Positions 20,281 to 33,289 of a DNA stretch of 64,000 nt are shown here, in pieces. Origin of the DNA: Squalus acanthias (Eukaryota); contig CM059432.1 of the NCBI GenBank assembly GCA_030390025.1, positions 153,390,001 to 153,454,000 of the forward strand, in the 5' to 3' direction. Both the position numbers and the translations under genes were made by a program. Under the pieces are notes generated by a model, which saw only the letters and a program-made list of their open reading frames with translations, was not told where the DNA came from and searched no databases. Within the stretch, counting starts at the first letter, position 1. Each line of letters starts with the position of its first letter.

Positions 20281-21510
20281 ATGGGAACCATTTATATCCT
20301 CTCATCCTGGTCGTCAGATTCGGAGGAAGAGCAGCCGCGGCACCAGCACCAGGAGCACCAACCTCCTCCTCACCCACCTGATGATGCACAGGGCGGAGGG
20401 CCTCAGTGCAGGGCTGCACCTCGCTGCAGGAGATACCCCCAACACAGGGTTTACAGGCAGAGGATCAGCTTCCTCAGCATGACTGAGCAGCAGTGCCAAA
20501 GGAGGCTGAGACTTTCGAGAGAGGTAGTCGCTGACATCTGCGCAATGCTGCACCAACACCTGGAGCCCAGAGGAGCGTGTGGACACCCCTTACCAGTTGC
20601 TGTCAAAGTCACCACCGCACACAACTTCTTTGCTTCGGGCTCCTTCCAGGGATCAGCTGCAGACATCAGCGGCAGCTCCCAGTCGGCCGCACACACCTGC
20701 ATCACGCAGGTCACCGATGCCCTCTTGGCAAAAGCGCACAATTACATCCACTTCTCCATGGATGGCCCAAGTGTGACGGCACGTGTGGTTGGCTTTGCCA
20801 ATATGGCAGGCTTGCCAATGGTGCAGGGCGTCACAGACTGCACACATGTAGCCATTAGGGCTCCCTATCACAACCCAGCTGTATTTGTTAACCACAAGGG
20901 ATTCCACTCCCTGAACGTCCAGCTGGTGTGTAACCATAGGAAGATCATCTTGCATGTTTGTGCAAAGTACCCTGGCAGTTGCCATAACTCCTTCGTCCTG
21001 CGCCAGTCTACCGTGCCTCAGCTCTTCCATCCGCCAAACCAACTTTTCGGATGGCTTCTTGGCGACAAGGGCTATCCCCTGAAAAAATGGCTTATGACAC
21101 CGATGAGGAGGCCATCAAACGAAGCTGAGGAGCGGAACAGTGTGAGTCACATATCCACCAGAAGCATCATCGAGCAAACCATTGGCTTGCTCAAAATGCG
21201 CTTCCGATGCCTAGACAGATCTGGAGGAGCCTTGCAGTATGCACCAGCCAGGGTGTCCAGAATCATCGTGGTCTGCTGTGCCCTGCACAACATCGCACAG
21301 CAGCGCAGCTTAGTGCTGCCGGATGAACAAGTGGCTCAGCACACAGCCTCCTCGGAGGAAGAGGAAGAGGACGAGGAGGAGAACGAGGAGGATGAGGAGG
21401 AGGACGGGGAGCGACGCCTTGTGGGGCCGAATGTGGCCAATCCAGCAACAGGCGACCACATTGCTGGCCGTCAGGCAAGGGATGCACTCATCCATGCCAG
21501 ATTCGCGTAA
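20281..21510 (+). CDS. PIF/Harbinger (HARBI1-like) DDE transposase
   Basis: 409-aa open frame with [54 protein letters not shown] and an acidic tail. Confidence 0.92.
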   Translation: MGTIYILSSWSSDSEEEQPRHQHQEHQPPPHPPDDAQGGGPQCRAAPRCRRYPQHRVYRQRISFLSMTEQQCQRRLRLSREVVADICAMLHQHLEPRGACGHPLPVAVKVTTAHNFFASGSFQGSAADISGSSQSAAHTCITQVTDALLAKAHNYIHFSMDGPSVTARVVGFANMAGLPMVQGVTDCTHVAIRAPYHNPAVFVNHKGFHSLNVQLVCNHRKIILHVCAKYPGSCHNSFVLRQSTVPQLFHPPNQLFGWLLGDKGYPLKKWLMTPMRRPSNEAEERNSVSHISTRSIIEQTIGLLKMRFRCLDRSGGALQYAPARVSRIIVVCCALHNIAQQRSLVLPDEQVAQHTASSEEEEEDEEENEEDEEEDGERRLVGPNVANPATGDHIAGRQARDALIHARFA

Positions 21511-21699
21511 GCTTATGCTTCAACCACAGGTGGCTGGTAGATGGAGATGAATATAAGTCTGACATTCTCAAAACCCCAGGCATCATCTGTCCAATAAACG
21601 GTGGTTTGCGCTCAGTATCACCACCAACATTCTACATGGAATTCGCCCTGAGCCCTCACTCTTGAACCTCCATTTCCCAGAACACAGAGGCCACACTTT

Positions 21700-21936
21700 A
21701 GGTAATCTCAGCAGACCATTAAACCTTTTTCGACACTGAACCCATGTGCGTCTGCACATAGACCTCAAACTCATCACCTCAGCAATTTGCAGCCAAGCTA
21801 CCTTGGTTTGCTGAAGAGGCCTCCCCCTTCCGTTTCCAGGGAAGAGGAGCTCCTGACGTCCTCTAACTCCCTCCACAAGAGCATGGAGGGAGCTCTCATT
21901 GAACCTGGCTGCAGCCTTAGTTTTCGGGGCAGCCAT
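21700..21936 (-). pseudogene. Harbinger Myb/SANT-like DNA-binding protein, first exon only
   Basis: MAAPKTKAAARFNESSLHALV...AWLQIAE...RTWVQCRKRFNGL trihelix pattern; downstream exons absent. Confidence 0.85.
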
Positions 21937-22054
21937 TCCTGCAGCAGCCAGCACCTTTCAGAGAAAAAACCTAATGCTTTTGCAAAGGGGACATGGCCCC
22001 TTTAAATTTTTACTCAAACAATGCGTCATTAGACGCAAGAATCTGACATGCTCC

Positions 22055-23825
22055 TGTGAAGGAATAGCCAGGATTCAGAAAAATACATGATACTAAAAAC
22101 AGATTTCTGAAATTATTAATAAATGACATACTGGGTTTAAAAGACATAAGCCTTAGCAGACACAGTCTGCAAACAGAATACAGGCTTATGAGATAAGATG
22201 GTTTGTTAACACAAAGCTGTGAACACAAGCTTTGATATGGGAATGGGATATTGACAAAGACAATGCCCTATTGAAGCAAAACCATTGGGAGCTTCCTCTA
22301 TGTCTAGAGTTTGGGAGGAAAACAATGGAATGACCCAAGTAAAGTGTTATAATCTAACACGTCGAACAGGTGCACAGAACATTAAAAAAACCAAGTGCCT
22401 TTGAAAAAATGACATCAAGTAAGAAATACCTGTCGTAAAATAGTTTTATGTTAAACTTAAAGACAGGAAACACGATTAAATATGCAACCAATTGAGATAG
22501 CTAGAAATCAAGTAAACACTGAGTTAAAGTGTTTTCAATTTACATATTGTAAATATAATACCTACAGAAGGCTTTGAAGAAATGACATCAAGTAAAAGAA
22601 ACGCCTGCTGAACAAATAGTTTTAATGTTAAGCTTGAAAGATGGAGACCCGAGGTCTGATAAAAACCAACTGAAGTAAATAAGAAATGTATGGAACACCC
22701 TAGATAAAGTATTTACAAGTTGTAAAAGGTACACAAACAAGACGACTTTGAAAATATTACTTCAATGGAAACACCAAGCAATTACATTGTTCTTGTATTG
22801 AACTTGGAATACCATGGAGTCACAACGTCTGATAATAACCAGTTAAAGTAGTATTAGAAATTCAATAGAATCACAGAATCACAGAATCCCCACAGTGCAG
22901 ATAGAGGCCATTTTGGCCCATCGAGCCTGCACCGACACATATCCCACCCTATCCCCGTAACCCCACTAAGAATTGCATCAAACAGAAACCATTGCTGTCA
23001 TTGTGTTTATGATGGTTTTTGAAACATCTAAGGTAGAGACATAATTATGCATGCAATGGCTAAATTGACAGTAAAGACAGAAAGCATTCAACAGAGATAT
23101 CAATAAAGAATAGAACAAAGTCAGCAAAGAATGACTTGATACAATTAGCTTACACAAACAGGAAAACTTCAAAGGATAAACCACCCAAAAAAGATATAAA
23201 AATAGACCTTTTCAAACAGAAAGTCAGAAGTCGCTGGGAAGACAAGCATTTCTCAACTTTACAGACATTCTCTGTAAGTTTACAACTTTTGAGTCTCGGG
23301 TAATCAAGGTATTTGATTTTGGTGGATATTTTGGATTAAGAAATAAGTAGAAGTGTGGAAATGTAACGAAGTTAAGATTTGAGAATAAGGATCTCTGAGA
23401 ATAAGAAATGTAAGCTATTTGTATTTTGAACGATTAAAGTTGCGATTGCCATAATAAATGTTATCTAAATGTCGGTTCGTTAATAAATCTATATATTTTT
23501 AGAATAATCTCAAAGAGTATTTCTGTATCATCTTGCGAACTCAAATTCTTACACTCAAAGGAGTTGCAGAATTCTGGGGGTTTTTCCGGACCCTTATAAT
23601 ATCCGGAAGGTTACAGTCTAGTTAAACTTATTAAAAGTACTATCTGGAGGACGGTAAAATCTTTAGACCGTTTCTTTCCTTTAGGGAGAGGTAGTCTGAC
23701 CTTTAGACCCAATTAAGCGTCTTATAGGATCCGGCTACCGCAAACTTTAGTTGAAGGTAAACGTCTGGGGAATACGCCTGATCTGGGGTAGTCCGAAAGG
23801 GCTAGGATTTGTAATTATCCCTTCA
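22055..23825 (+). mobile_element. Solo-LTR-like insertion (1771 bp)
   Basis: TGTGAAGGAATA...TATCCCTTCA ends; CTCC duplicated at 22051-22054 and 23826-23829; TATAAA at 23195 and AATAAA at 23453 and 23482. Confidence 0.7.
22866..22966 (-). mobile_element. CR1-type 3' tail nested in the LTR
   Basis: (AGAATCAC)n followed by GAGGCCATTTTGGCCCATCGAGCCTGCACCG. Confidence 0.8.
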
Positions 23826-24286
23826 CTCCAAGCAATTGCCTGGAGGGACCCGCACGTCGGCCGTAACAAGGCCAATCAAGGTAAAATCGTAACTGCTGGG
23901 CGGCGGCATCTGGGAGCGGGTCCGAAAGCTGCCGAGCAGCGGGCCCGCCCTCAACCCGCCTCCGTTAATAAAATCGCAGACTCAGGTTCCAGAACTGAAC
24001 ATTCTACTAACCCAGTGCCCCATTCAGTTCCCTTGTAACCCATTTTTGGTACAAAATTATCCCTCAAATGTTGCTTTACATTAAGTGTATGCTTGTACTC
24101 TTTCCAGGATTCAGTAATATAAATCAAATGTATATGCTCGTATGCATAGTGATGCACTGACTGCAAATACTATTGTTCATATCCGCTGCTTACATGCTGT
24201 AGTATCACACTCATACACGATCTTACATTGTTAATTTAATATATAGTTCTGTTGTTGGACTGCTGGTCAGCAATTCATGAAATAAA

Positions 24287-24998
24287 GGTCTGGAGCTTTC
24301 CCTGCATTCGCACCCAGAAACACCCATAATCTGGTCACAAACAAATTATGTGACTTAACAGATGGCAAAATTTTAGGCCTGAGTGAGTTACACGTATAAC
24401 TACAATACGCCCAAGTTTCGTTGATCTTTTACAGCCATCCATCAAACCTTCCGTCCAAACAAATCTCCGGACAGAAAACTGGCCATGGCCCCATCTCTCA
24501 AATGCGAGAATCCTCCAATTGCGCTTGTTCTCAGCATTGCAACTAGATTTTCAGGCGCAAAAGGAAACAAAGTAATTTTTCTGGTCTTTTAATCACAATT
24601 TTTTTGAGCGTTTATTTAAAACTTATCCTCACTTAGACCTGCTCAGAATTTTCTGTTTCTTTTAATGCATTTTTATGGCATAAGTATAAGTCACATTAAA
24701 AATTGAAAAGCTTCCCCGGTTGTGAGTTCTTAAACATGCTGTGCCTGATGTGCATAAATGATGGTTAAATAAGTTGAAACTTAAATTTTGAGACTCTAAG
24801 AAGAAATATATGGGTGGGCTTGGTGTTTCCTTGGGCCCTCATTGTTTATGCTGATTTCTGCCCAGTTTAAGTTCGGGCGTATTCTAATGAGATTGGGAGG
24901 ATACTTGGTTGTAACTTGACATCAGCAAAATGGACATGGCACTGGACACATTTTCAGGTCTAACTTCCGGTTTGCTCCCACGGAGGAAACTCCAGGCC
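24287..24998. mobile_element. Harbinger-type MITE
   Basis: GGTCTGGAGCTTTCC and GGAAACTCCAGGCC ends; AAA on both flanks. Confidence 0.65.
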
Positions 24999-25058
24999 AA
25001 ACTGATGGATAGTTTCAAAATTTTTGTCCCTAAAAATCTCATTAGGTGTAGCTGGGAG

Positions 25059-25328
25059 CAATGTTCCCTTTAAGCTGTGTGGCCGCGCAGCGCTCCAGGG
25101 GTCCCGCGCAGCGCTCCAGGGGTCCCGCGCAGCGCTCCAGGGGTCCCGAGCAGCGCTCCAGGGGTCCCGAGCAGCGCTCCAGGGGTCCCGCGCAACACTC
25201 CAAGGGTCCCGCACAGCCGGTGAGCCGGCTTTTAAATTGAAAGAAATGCCCATGCGCGGAATTTTGAATGGGCCATGCAGCCCGTTAAAGGGGCCAAGCG
25301 GCCCCCCAAAAAATGACAGGGAACATTG
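25059..25328. mobile_element. hAT-type MITE with an internal 21-bp tandem repeat
   Basis: TIR CAATGTTCCCT / AGGGAACATTG; 8-bp flanks GCTGGGAG and GCTGTGAG; about 6 copies of CGCGCAGCGCTCCAGGGGTCC. A second right end lies at 33170-33289. Confidence 0.85.
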
Positions 25329-25447
25329 GCTGTGAGACCCGATTCTCCGCATTACTTGTCATTAATTTCTGTGGGGTTCTCCTGATTGTCCACTGTAACT
25401 TCGGCAGAAATAAAAAAGAAAAAACATATAGGGCTGGATTTTCATGA

Positions 25448-25865
25448 CCTTAGGACGTCCCAAAGCGCTTTACAGCCAATGAAGTACTTTTTGAAGTGTA
25501 GTCACTGTTGTAATGTAGGAAACGCGGCAACCAATTTTCACACAGCAAGGTCCCACAAACAGCAATGTGATAATGACCAAATAATCTGTTTAGGTGTTGG
25601 TTGAGGGATAAATATAGGCCAGAACACCAGGGAGAACTCACGTGCTCTTCTTCGAATAGTACCATGGGATGTTATACGTCCTCCTGAGTAGGCAGATGGG
25701 GCTTAAGTTTAACGTCTCATCCGAGAGACGATACCTCCGACAATGCAGCATTCCCCAGTACTGCACAAGAGTGTCAGCCTAAATTTTGTGCTCAAGTCTC
25801 TGGAGTGGGGCTTAAACCCAGGACCTTCTGACTCAGAGGAGAGAGGGCTACCACTGAGCCACGGC
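25448..25865 (-). mobile_element. tRNA-headed Deu-domain-type SINE
   Basis: Minus-strand head GCCGTGGCTCAGTGGTA (A box) and GGGTTTAAGCCC (B-box-like); body recognised as AmnSINE1/SacSINE1-like. Confidence 0.85.
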
Positions 25866-26214
25866 GCAATCCCACAGAAATGGCGTAAATGGCCATTTCC
25901 ACTATTTCTGCCGGCCTGCCGAGGTTACAGCGGCAGATCGGGAAACCTCTGCGGAAATTCTACCCGCTGCATTTATCTCGCACGCCATTAACTTCAATTT
26001 CATGCAACTTCACTTCAGCTTCAAGTAAAAGGTGTTGCTGTCTGTTCCAAATCACAACATTTTATACTGCATTTTATACCGCCTTTAACGGGTGATTCTG
26101 CGACAAAGATTTTGAAATGAATGGATGCAAAATCAGGGGATGCACGCCCACAGTTTCCCAAGCTGAGCTCTATGTGAGCGCCCCTGGATCGTGGAATCAC
26201 CCTCTCACCGTAAT

Positions 26215-26660
26215 AAGTGTAACAAACCGCTTCAGAGGGGCAAAAAAAACCCAGATTCTGAGCAGTGATGGGAGAAGGTGTCAGGGAAGTGACTGACGGT
26301 ATGGTCAAAAAGGTCGGTTTTGAGGAGGCTGTTGAAAGAGGGGTGAAAGGTAGCAAGGTGGAGGGTTTAAGGCGTGTTCCAGAGTGAGGGGCCGAAATAG
26401 CTGACGACCCTGCCATTGAAGGTGGAGTGCTAAGTGTGGGGGATCTGAAAGAATCCAGTGTTGTAAGAGCAAAGAAAACATGCCTGGGATATGGGACTGA
26501 AAGAGGTTGTAGAAGTTGGTGAGTCAAGAACTTGTAGATGGGACAAAGATTTTGAAAGTTGGGGCATAGGGAGCCAATGAAGGTTGGCAAGTGCAGAGAT
26601 GAGAAGGGATAGGATGCGGGCAACAGAATTTTGGACAAGTTGCATATTGTGAAACATGGT
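26215..26660 (-). mobile_element. L2 LINE 3' fragment
   Basis: LQLVQNSVARIL...LANLHWLP; similar to 34440-34900. Confidence 0.8.
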
Positions 26661-27859
26661 TTTGAATGGTCGAACTCATCAAACTTCTAATATACTACAT
26701 AGATCTGCTCAAATTAGCACTTTAGATCTAATGGCTGGGAAAATGACTCAATCAGCATGAAGTGGTAAAATGGTTTACCAAGAATCCCTTTAAAACAAAT
26801 TATAATCTTTAAGGCAATTTGGAGCATTTAGCAACATATGGGGACAATTTTCGTCAGCTTACTGCCCTGTTCATACTGAAAAAGCAGATTCCTTTCTTTA
26901 AAAAAAAACCTACTGCCCACTGGCTGCTCGAGTCCCATCTGACTCGATTTTCTCACAATGAGTGGCCAGCGATACCACCCACAATAAGCAGGAGCCTTCT
27001 GTAAATATTTAAATCGGGGTTCTGCACCGGTTGTAGGACCCCGATGCAATTTTCAGGTACCAATGGGGGGAGAGTGTGCCCCGCACATGCCACCCAGTGG
27101 TACCAGATGTAGAGCCACCGAAACAGCGGTTCTTAAAGGGACCGCTGCTGGCCACTGCAAAAAGGCTTCAAAAGAGCCCGTGGTGCTGATTTTTTGTGGG
27201 CCAGGAGCTTTTAGATTCCCCAGGACCCCAATCAGAAAGCTGCCTGTCAGCACTCATTGAGAACTAGAAGCTTGCCAATCACGGCTGTGAAAGTGGTTCG
27301 GTACGTCTGACAATCGGCTCCATATTCTCTGCGGATCACACTTCATTCTTTGACACTCTCCATCTTCAAGTGCACTGCCATGAGACTAGTCAGACTTAGT
27401 TCTATTTCAGGAGCTTGAATCCAATATAATGAACTTTGAAAATGGTTTTCTTTCTGAAACTGCCAGCTATGATTAAAGAATCATAAAGCAGAATCCAAAG
27501 CCACATATAAAAAGAAATAATTACATACAAAGAGGGATTTTTTTTTTCCTGAGGACAGCTAAAAAAGATTACAGAATGTATAAATGGCTACAGTATGCCC
27601 ATCATTTAGTAGGTTCACGCCAATTATTTCAAAACTATCTTAGGAAGCTACGCTGGTACAGCTTGTAGTTGTTAAGAGATGCAGACAGATTGAGTTTTAG
27701 TAAGTTCTATAACACAAGAGAACAAAAAATCCTCAAATGCAGAATGCTACTATTGATAAAATATATATTTTTACTGGACTATTTCATAAGGTAGGGCCCA
27801 TTTTTCGTCTCTAGTACAAAGCCTGTTGGGCTGTCCTGGGACTGATCTGTTTGAATTCG

Positions 27860-28810
27860 AAACATACAAACTTACAAAAATGATGGTCAGGAAAAGTCCA
27901 ACTGGTCCATCAAGCCAGCCTACAGAATATCATTCATGACTAAACACTTCCTCCGCCTGCCCCCCTCCCGCCACCCCCCCACAGCCATGGAATGTCCTGG
28001 GAGAGGCAAAACAAAAGAAGAAGAAAACGAGGGTCAATAAGGAGGGAAAAAATCTGGAAAATTCCTCTCCGACCTCCTCAGGCGATTGAAACCAGTCCAG
28101 GAGATCACATTGACCGTGCATGTGTTAACTGTTACCTTTTATATGATGCAATCTCAGCCGCAGCCAAGAACTGATCCAGCTCCCTTTTGAAGGCTTGTCG
28201 AGAGTCAGCATACACTGCACAAGCCAGCAACGCATTCCAGAGGCTCACTACTCTCTGGGAAAAGAAGAACTGCCTGACAATCTAACCTATTCCTAATTTT
28301 GCATAGTTTAAATGAATGACACCATGTCCTCTCCAATCTGTCAAACTGAAATAATCTATCAATAGGCAGGTAATCCAGCCCTTTAATTATTTTATATACC
28401 TCTATCAGGTTGCCTCTAAGTCTATGCTGTTCTAAAGTAAAGAGACTCAGCTCTTTAAGCCTTTCTGAATAACTAAGGCATTCTTGTAGCTCTCCTCTGA
28501 ACCTTTTTCAAGGCTACTATATCACCAACCATGTGGGGGGACCAAAACTGGGCACAGTACTCTAGGTGCGGTCTAACCAGCGACGTGTATAATGACAGAA
28601 TGGTATCCTTTGATTTGTACTGAATGGTTCTATTCATGCAATCACGTTTGCTTTGGTTACTTCTTCCCTGCATTGGTCGTAAACCTTCAGTGGTCTGTGC
28701 ACAATAAAACCTAGATCCTTTTCTCCCTCAACCGCTTTTAGTATCATTCCCTGTAAATGATGCATGTATTATGTATAGGTCCTACCTACAATCATGGCAT
28801 TGCATTTATC
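27860..28810 (-). mobile_element. CR1 fragment of a second subfamily
   Basis: LYTSLVRPHLEYCAQFWSPH; its tail is also seen on the plus strand at 34955-35045. Confidence 0.85.
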
Positions 28811-30040
28811 ACAGTACCGAAGGGTCAGAGGCTAGCATCTGCAATCCGTCAGCATATATAGTTAAGGTGATATTTGTATCAACGTCTGCATGCCTCTGTG
28901 CTACTTTAAGTCTTTTGAGTGTCAGAGGTACTTGTCCGTGGAGCAGCTAAAATAAAGGGCATTTGAATTTTTAAAAAAAATTCTTCGGCTACACTTTGTG
29001 GACTTGTATCTGACAGTAGGGAGCAGTCTCTTTATCTCTCCTCCTCCTGACATTGAAAAAATACATTTTAGAGCAACGTCCACTCTGTACTTTTCACGAT
29101 GTGGGAAAAGTACTGGAGAGCAGGCTCGATGGAGCTGGTGCTCGCATGCCCCTTCCTACTAGAAGTTCCCTGCAGCAGGACGTTTGGGAGGAGGAAGAGG
29201 GAGAGGGGCAAATTGCTGGACGTGCAAGCTGATAACTCCAGGTCAACGGGGCATCTGGGACCTTGGTGAACGAAAGGACCAATAGTCTATCTCCTTAACC
29301 AATGACATTTAAGGACTGAGAAAGAAACAGAGGAACGACGGAGAAGAAAATAGGGTGAATTAGAGTCAAATCAGGTACAGAAAGAGAAATAAAGAGAGGG
29401 AAAGAAAGATTGGATTAAGAAAGAGAGAAAGAGACAGAAACATGAACTGAGAAAAAAAAATTAAAATGTAAAATTTAAAAATTTTTAAATCTCTGAGAAC
29501 AATTTACTACCTGCAGGAATGAAATTAAAAAGTTTCAACTGCTACCTTTATGGGCTAGAGAGGTTGTGTGGCACTGCAGGAGCATAAATCTCATCATTAA
29601 AAGAGTTCTTATGCTGTTAAATACCATCCCTAACTTTCTGTGACAAGTTTAATTGGTAATTAATATGCAAATGCATTCATGGGGAGGATGACGGCGAGCT
29701 ACCGTTATGTGAGGCTAACAGCAGAGCGGCGCAAATCATCCAGCAATTTGTGGCGATTCACAACATGGGGTATCTCTTCCTCGTTACAAATTACTGGACA
29801 ATTTACAGACTAATAACGGCGTGCGCATTAAACTCGCCGTTTGTTTGTCAGCAAATTCTGGCCCATTGTGTTTAGATTTTTTTCCCCATTATTGTTATAC
29901 TTACTATAAAGATGAAGATGCAATGGCTTGTAGTTACGTTTTACTGATTTAAGATAATGATAATCCATTGAACAACTTAAATGCTGTAAAAATGCTAATT
30001 GAATTACAAGGTGACTGTTTTGCTCTGGAAGGAAAACTAA

Positions 30041-31825
30041 GGGGGGAATTTTTCAGGGGGTCAGCGGGCGCGTTTGGTGGTGGGTCGAGTGGGAAAATGT
30101 TTTATTTTGACAGCGGGTCGGGACCCCGCTGTCAACCCGCCGCCACGCACCTTTCCCAGATGTCGGGTCTGTCAGCGCTGAACAGACCCGACACGCAGTG
30201 GCGGGGGAGGAAATTCAGGTCATTATGACCTTGTTAGCAGCCCATTGAGAAGTATCTTGAGCTCACCATTACATTTTACGAGGTCGCCCACAGAGTCCAC
30301 ACTGCTCGGGAATCACGTCAGGTAAGGAGATCAGGGGTTGTATGACCATGGAATCATCTCATTACTTGACAGTTGCAAATGCAAAAGCTCCCATCTCACA
30401 GCTGTTCACTTTCCAAGCTCAGAAGCTGTTGCTTACTGCATTTGGAAGACAGATTGAGCTTTATGCAGGTTGCAAGTGTTTGGAGTAAACTCTCTATCCA
30501 GTGTCACCTCATTGGAACAACCTCTCCCACCACTGACAGATCGCTTCTGTCATCTCAAGTTCACCTGCCATCTATTACATTAGCATCGGTGCCCATGAAA
30601 CTATCTCACCTTGGTTCTCAGAATCCCACCACGATCAGCCCCAACACCAGCAGCACCAGGCACACCAGCAGCACCAACAACAACACCAACCTTCCCCGCA
30701 ATCAACTGATGCTGCACAGGACACAGGGCATCAGCACCTGACCACATTGCTGCCTGGGAGGCCAGGGATGGCCTCACCATGGCCAGATTTACTTCACTTG
30801 ATGCTGTACACCCTGGCCGCCACATGATGTGGCAGGTTGGCACCACCCCACACCAACACCATAAAGCATCCCTACAATGTCCAAGCCATTCCTTTCACAC
30901 TCATCACCATTGCGGGGGGTACCGTTATGTCTCACCATTCACTGCAACTCACTAAGCCACTTCCAAAGGTGCACACAGATCTGTCCAAGAATGCAATGTT
31001 TTAAAATAAAGGATTCAATGTTTGACACCACATTAACAGAAACTTTACATGAATATTGGCTAAAACACCCAAGTGTCTTATTTTGTGTGTTGTTAGTTGG
31101 TATGATTGGACTAGGATGAGGGCGAGTGTGAGGGGTGGCTAGTGAGATGGGGAAGTGATAATGTAGATAGAGAGAGAGGGATGGGTGGAGGTGCAAGGTA
31201 AGTTGCTGTGAGTAAGGATGTGCAGGAGTAGGGTAGGGAAGGCAGAGTGATGGGGATGTGATGAGTGGCACAACAGGATGAGGTTGAGTGTGGCTTTGCA
31301 GTAACGTTTTGTGATCTACTGAGATCATTGAAAGGTTTGCACCACTGCAGCCTGGTCCTCCTGACAACATCCCTGCTTGTGCCCTCCTCTGCAATGTGCA
31401 ACCAGGCTGTGTTGGTCTCCTGGGGAGGTGTCTTCCGCCCATTGGAAGGGAAGTGAATCTCCCTGCGTGCTGTGACTCCCTCCATAACCATATGGAAGGA
31501 GTCATAGGAGAGCCTGGGTGCAGCCGTGCACCTCTGTGTAGTGCTTGTCAGTGTTTACAGCACCTCAATGCTGTAGAACACTGACAGCACAACTGTCAAA
31601 TTAAATTTGCACATGGTCCCTTTAAGGAAACCGGCTGATGATGCGTCATCAAATGACGTCATCAGACCCGCTTCCTTCAATTGGCTGGCAAACGCGCTGG
31701 GCGGGCTTAACAAGCCCAATCAATGTAAAATAATTCTACACAGTGGGCTGGAGCCAGCAGCGGGGTTGGGACCCGCCACCGACGTCGCCCGCCACGGACC
31801 CGCCGAGGTAGGGGAAATCGCGGCC
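30041..31825. mobile_element. Internally deleted Harbinger (transposase termini on plus, Myb exon 1 on minus)
   Basis: TAA on both flanks (30038-30040, 31826-31828); HQ-rich start joined to the DHIAAWEARDGL C-terminus; ETNTAWLHIAEE...QWCKPFNDL. Confidence 0.85.
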
Positions 31826-32496
31826 TAAGTTTCAGGTACGCAGGGAAGGATGACAGCAAGGCCAGTTTAATGGAACTATCAAATGACTGCTTCTTCGCAC
31901 TAGGAGGGTAAAAGAGTAGTTGGACTTAACGGCCAGACTTTTCTGCTTTTATCTTTGCCAACCCCCGATTTTCGACCCACTAATGCGAACGGTCGAACGC
32001 AGAAGGGGAAAAACCGGTAACCCACCAGGAGTGGTTAGTAATCTAGAATTGGGTGTACAGTTCAATGCCAGTAATTACAGCCAGTTTAGCTTGATACTAT
32101 AATAAAGGCTTGGTGCCAAAAAAAATCAGCAACTTTAAAGCAACACGTTTTGGGGCTATGGATTCTGGGCAGCATTAAGTGAGGAGTGCCATAAGAAGAT
32201 TAAAAATCCAGAAAAACAAAAACAAATTATTTTTTAAGACTATAACTGAATGTAGGGTTTCCGCACTGCAGCCCGCGAGCCACAGCCAATCCCCGAGCCC
32301 TGGCAATCCAGCCTCCAAGCCTGTGCAACTCAGTCCTGTTTGCATTTATATTTCTTGTTCACTGGTTTTTCCTGTTTGAATTTGATGAGCCTACAGGTTG
32401 CACAAGGCCCGTGACCTCATTGGTGGATAAATCCAAAATCAGGACGCCAAGATCTGCTAGTATCAGCAACTTCAAGATATCTGAGTTAAACTTTAT

Positions 32497-33170
32497 GGCT
32501 GCGATTTTGCCGACCGAGGCAGGTCCAAGGCGGCCGGGGTCAGTGTCGGTGTCGCAGTCCCAGCCCGCTGCCTGCTCCAGCCTGCACTCTCCAAGTGATT
32601 TTACGTTGATTGGGCTTGTTCAGCCCACCCTACGAGGTTCCCGGCCAATTAAAAGGAAGCGGGTCTGATGATGTCATTTGATGACGCGTCATCAGCCGGT
32701 TTCCTTAAAGGGGCCATGTCCAAATTCATTTTGACATTTGTGCTGTCAGTGTTCTACAGCATTGAGGTGCTGCAAACACTGACAAGCACTGCACAAAGGT
32801 GCACGGCTGCACCCAGGCTCTCCCATGACTCCCTCCATATGCTTATGGAGGGAGTCACAGCACGCAGGGTGGTCGTCTTCCCTTCCAATAGGCAGAAGAC
32901 ACCTCCCCAGGAGACCAACACAGCCTGGTTGCATGTTGCACAGGAGGGCACAAGCAGGGATGTCGTCAGGAGGACCTGGCTGCAGTGGTGCAAACCTTTC
33001 AATGATCTCAGTAGATTACGAAACATTACTGCCAAGCCACACTCAACTTCATCCTGCTGTGCCACTCATCACATCCCCATCACTCTGCCTTCCCTACCCT
33101 ACTCCAGCACATCTTTACTCACACCAACTTACCTTGCACCTCCACCCATCCCTCTCTGTCTACATTATCA
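32497..33170 (+). mobile_element. Harbinger Myb-side half, inverted relative to 31170-31825
   Basis: Starts GGCTGCGATTTT; ORF 32668-33228 is closely similar to 31111-31491. Confidence 0.85.
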
Positions 33171-33289
33171 CGCACAGCCCGGGACCGGCTTTTTCAATGT
33201 TATCGTGCGCGCATGCGAGAAACTGTGAATGGGCCGCACAGCCTCTTAAAGAAGCCGCGCATCCAAAAAATAAATTACAGGGAACATTG

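Larger units (their letters stand above)
19741..23981 (+). mobile_element. PIF/Harbinger transposon (transposase plus truncated Myb gene) with nested solo LTR
   Basis: Ends GGGCTCGATTTTAATA and TAATAAAATCGCAGAC; TCA on both flanks (19738-19740, 23982-23984); convergent genes. Confidence 0.85.

Noticed and set aside
20281..21510. Host HARBI1 gene
   Set aside because: It lies between TIRs and a target duplication with a convergent Myb remnant, and related decayed copies are nearby, so it is a transposon copy.
25790..25865. Functional tRNA gene
   Set aside because: It is the head of a SINE with a degenerate B box.
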